From IMG/VR virus record IMGVR_UViG_3300038461_000154: a DNA stretch of 64,000 nucleotides. One strand, written 5' to 3'. The position numbers and the translations under genes are program-made. Below are positions 62,578 through 64,000 of this stretch, piece after piece. The notes beneath the pieces are model-generated. The model saw only the letters and a program-made list of their open reading frames with translations, had not been told where the DNA came from and did not search any database. Position 1 is the first letter of the stretch, and each line of letters starts with the position of its first letter. This DNA is from an uncultured virus (IMG/VR IMGVR_UViG_3300038461_000154). Taxonomy: Duplodnaviria > Heunggongvirae > Uroviricota > Caudoviricetes.

Positions 62578-62841
62578 TCAAGTTGGTCTATTGAAATACT
62601 TCGGCAAGGCTTCTTCTGGACATTGCTTGATGAATTCCAACGCCTCTGGACTATTAAGTACAGCAGTAATGGCACCAATCAGCATCGGAGAGCCTTTGGT
62701 TTTGCAGTGCCATTGTTCGCCTTTTGGCCCAATACCTATCGTAGCCAACGTACAGGCGAAACTACGGCGCTGTAGCTCTGCCATTAGCTCGTCTATGCTG
62801 GCTTCCTGAATTGGAGCCATGGTTACTTGACACTTTTTCAT
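62578..62841 (-). CDS. Hypothetical protein
   Basis: RBS GGGAG. Confidence 0.6.
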   Translation of the reverse strand: MKKCQVTMAPIQEASIDELMAELQRRSFACTLATIGIGPKGEQWHCKTKGSPMLIGAITAVLNSPEALEFIKQCPEEALPKYFNRPT

Positions 62842-62922
62842 CGGTTTCTCCCAATAAGCCTACTGCCATTGTACAGGCTTGCGGCCACTTTTTGACAATT
62901 TTTATAAATCTTATAAGTCTTT

Positions 62923-63306
62923 TTACTGTTTGATGTTACGATAATGTTTTTTACATAAACCCTTGGCGTGGAACTGTCCCTCACAGCCTTCAATTGAGCA
63001 AAACCTTTCATTAGGGTTACGTTTAAACACATTTTTGTAATAATGTTGCTTGCAATACCCTTTCGCGTGAGGCTCTTCGTTACATCCATCTACTTGGCAT
63101 TTTCTTATTTCTTCGGGGGGAATGTCTTCGTGCAGCACATGTTCTAGGCAATATGGGCAAGCATCTGGCGGGTCATGTGTAATGAAAACACTGCATAATA
63201 CTTCAGGACATTCAATGACACCAAGTTTCCAAAGACGTTTCCTAATCTGACTCCACTTTCTTCCTTGAACTTCAATACATTTTCGACAGACTTTTTTGTT
63301 CAACAT
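62923..63306 (-). CDS. MLNK/CPYxLE domain fused to two CxxxGC...AKGxCxxHY zinc fingers
   Basis: MLNKKVCRKC...PPDACPYCLEH then CQVDGC..AKGYCKQHY, CSIEGC..AKGLCKKHY. Confidence 0.85.
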   Translation of the reverse strand: MLNKKVCRKCIEVQGRKWSQIRKRLWKLGVIECPEVLCSVFITHDPPDACPYCLEHVLHEDIPPEEIRKCQVDGCNEEPHAKGYCKQHYYKNVFKRNPNERFCSIEGCEGQFHAKGLCKKHYRNIKQ

Positions 63307-63782
63307 TTGAAATCTGATTCATCATCTTTTGACAAGACGTGCTCTAGTTCATAAGGACAACTTTCTGGCGGATTGTCCTTCCACACAAACAGGATTTTAC
63401 ACGTCTTGTGGCAGAAAATACACTTCTTTTTGTAAACTTCTTGCACATCTAAATGAACTTCTGTTGATTGCTTACAGACCGCACAAACCTTGGCATTGAT
63501 TTTTCTTGGGAACTGCGTGTAAGATAATTGTTCAACAAGCCAACCAAAGTTCTCAAAGAATATCTCGTAGTCTGGAATAGCGAAGCTATAGTTGCCACTG
63601 GTACTAGTAGTTACTGTGCCTATCGGAATAGAAGTGGACCCGATGCCATAGAGAGACTGGTTGGCATACACAGGGTAGATGTTAGAATTGTTGGGAGAGC
63701 TATACGTGATAGTGCCCGAATTGTTGGTGCTGGTTGTAATTGTATTCCAATTTGTATTAGGTGAAAGTGGGAGAGCCGCCAT
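63300..63782 (-). CDS. MLNK/CPYxLE domain with S/T/N-rich N-terminal extension
   Basis: INAKVCAVC...PPESCPYELEH. Confidence 0.8.
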   Translation of the reverse strand: MAALPLSPNTNWNTITTSTNNSGTITYSSPNNSNIYPVYANQSLYGIGSTSIPIGTVTTSTSGNYSFAIPDYEIFFENFGWLVEQLSYTQFPRKINAKVCAVCKQSTEVHLDVQEVYKKKCIFCHKTCKILFVWKDNPPESCPYELEHVLSKDDESDFKC

Positions 63783-63784
63783 AA

Positions 63785-64000
63785 TCAATGTTTCCTTGTA
63801 ACCAATTGTTCTATAAGATAAGGACACCATTTCGGTGGTTCTGCTTTGACTTCTATAAAACCAAAAATAGAAGTCAATAGGTTGTAATATCTCTCATCTG
63901 GTATTTTATTATGGCTAAGTAATTGACGCGGACAGGATATATAACCTTCTTTCCACGTCATATCAGTGTCATTGTTCCACGGTAATAATGATTGTCTATA
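63785..64000 (-). CDS. MLNK/CPYxLE family member (5' end outside window)
   Basis: ...EPPKWCPYLIEQLVTRKH*. Confidence 0.75.
   Translation of the reverse strand, partial: YRQSLLPWNNDTDMTWKEGYISCPRQLLSHNKIPDERYYNLLTSIFGFIEVKAEPPKWCPYLIEQLVTRKH

Noticed and set aside
1..64000. Genome-wide TAG recoding
   Set aside because: Only one interrupting TAG was seen; many genes end cleanly at TAG before an RBS, promoter or hairpin.

Overview
This looks like a 64-kb early/accessory region of a very large (jumbo-type) bacteriophage genome. It is AT-rich and densely packed with short, overlapping genes carrying bacterial Shine-Dalgarno sites. There are no host housekeeping operons, and a recurrent phage-like promoter (TTGACGA-TAYANT) is present. 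Five things stand out. (1) A candidate RNA-guided system at 49.8-52.9 kb: a RAMP/Cas7-like gene co-transcribed with seven non-coding tracts of strict 5-nt period (GNA-NN)n, separated by a conserved CAGATTYGYART linker. It resembles the VIPR-type gapped-guide systems as I recall them, but with a different fixed triplet. (2) About 81 paralogs (manual count, roughly a third of the window) of one small Cys-rich protein: MLNKxxCxxC...W...C...PPxxCPYxLE[HQ], with hypervariable interiors and translationally coupled junctions. (3) A 196-nt tRNA-like ncRNA whose anticodon arm is replaced by a large structured domain. (4) Two catalytically intact TnpB-only IS605/IS1341-type elements whose ends, TAM and guides can be inferred by comparing them. 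(5) Accessory enzymes: radical SAM, HNH nucleases, 2H phosphoesterase, PRTase, HD, metallophosphoesterase, DNA MTase, NucS-like, SWIB, FN3 and a capsid-like fragment. All calls are by eye from motifs; no searches were run, and start codons were adjusted from RBS/overlap context.
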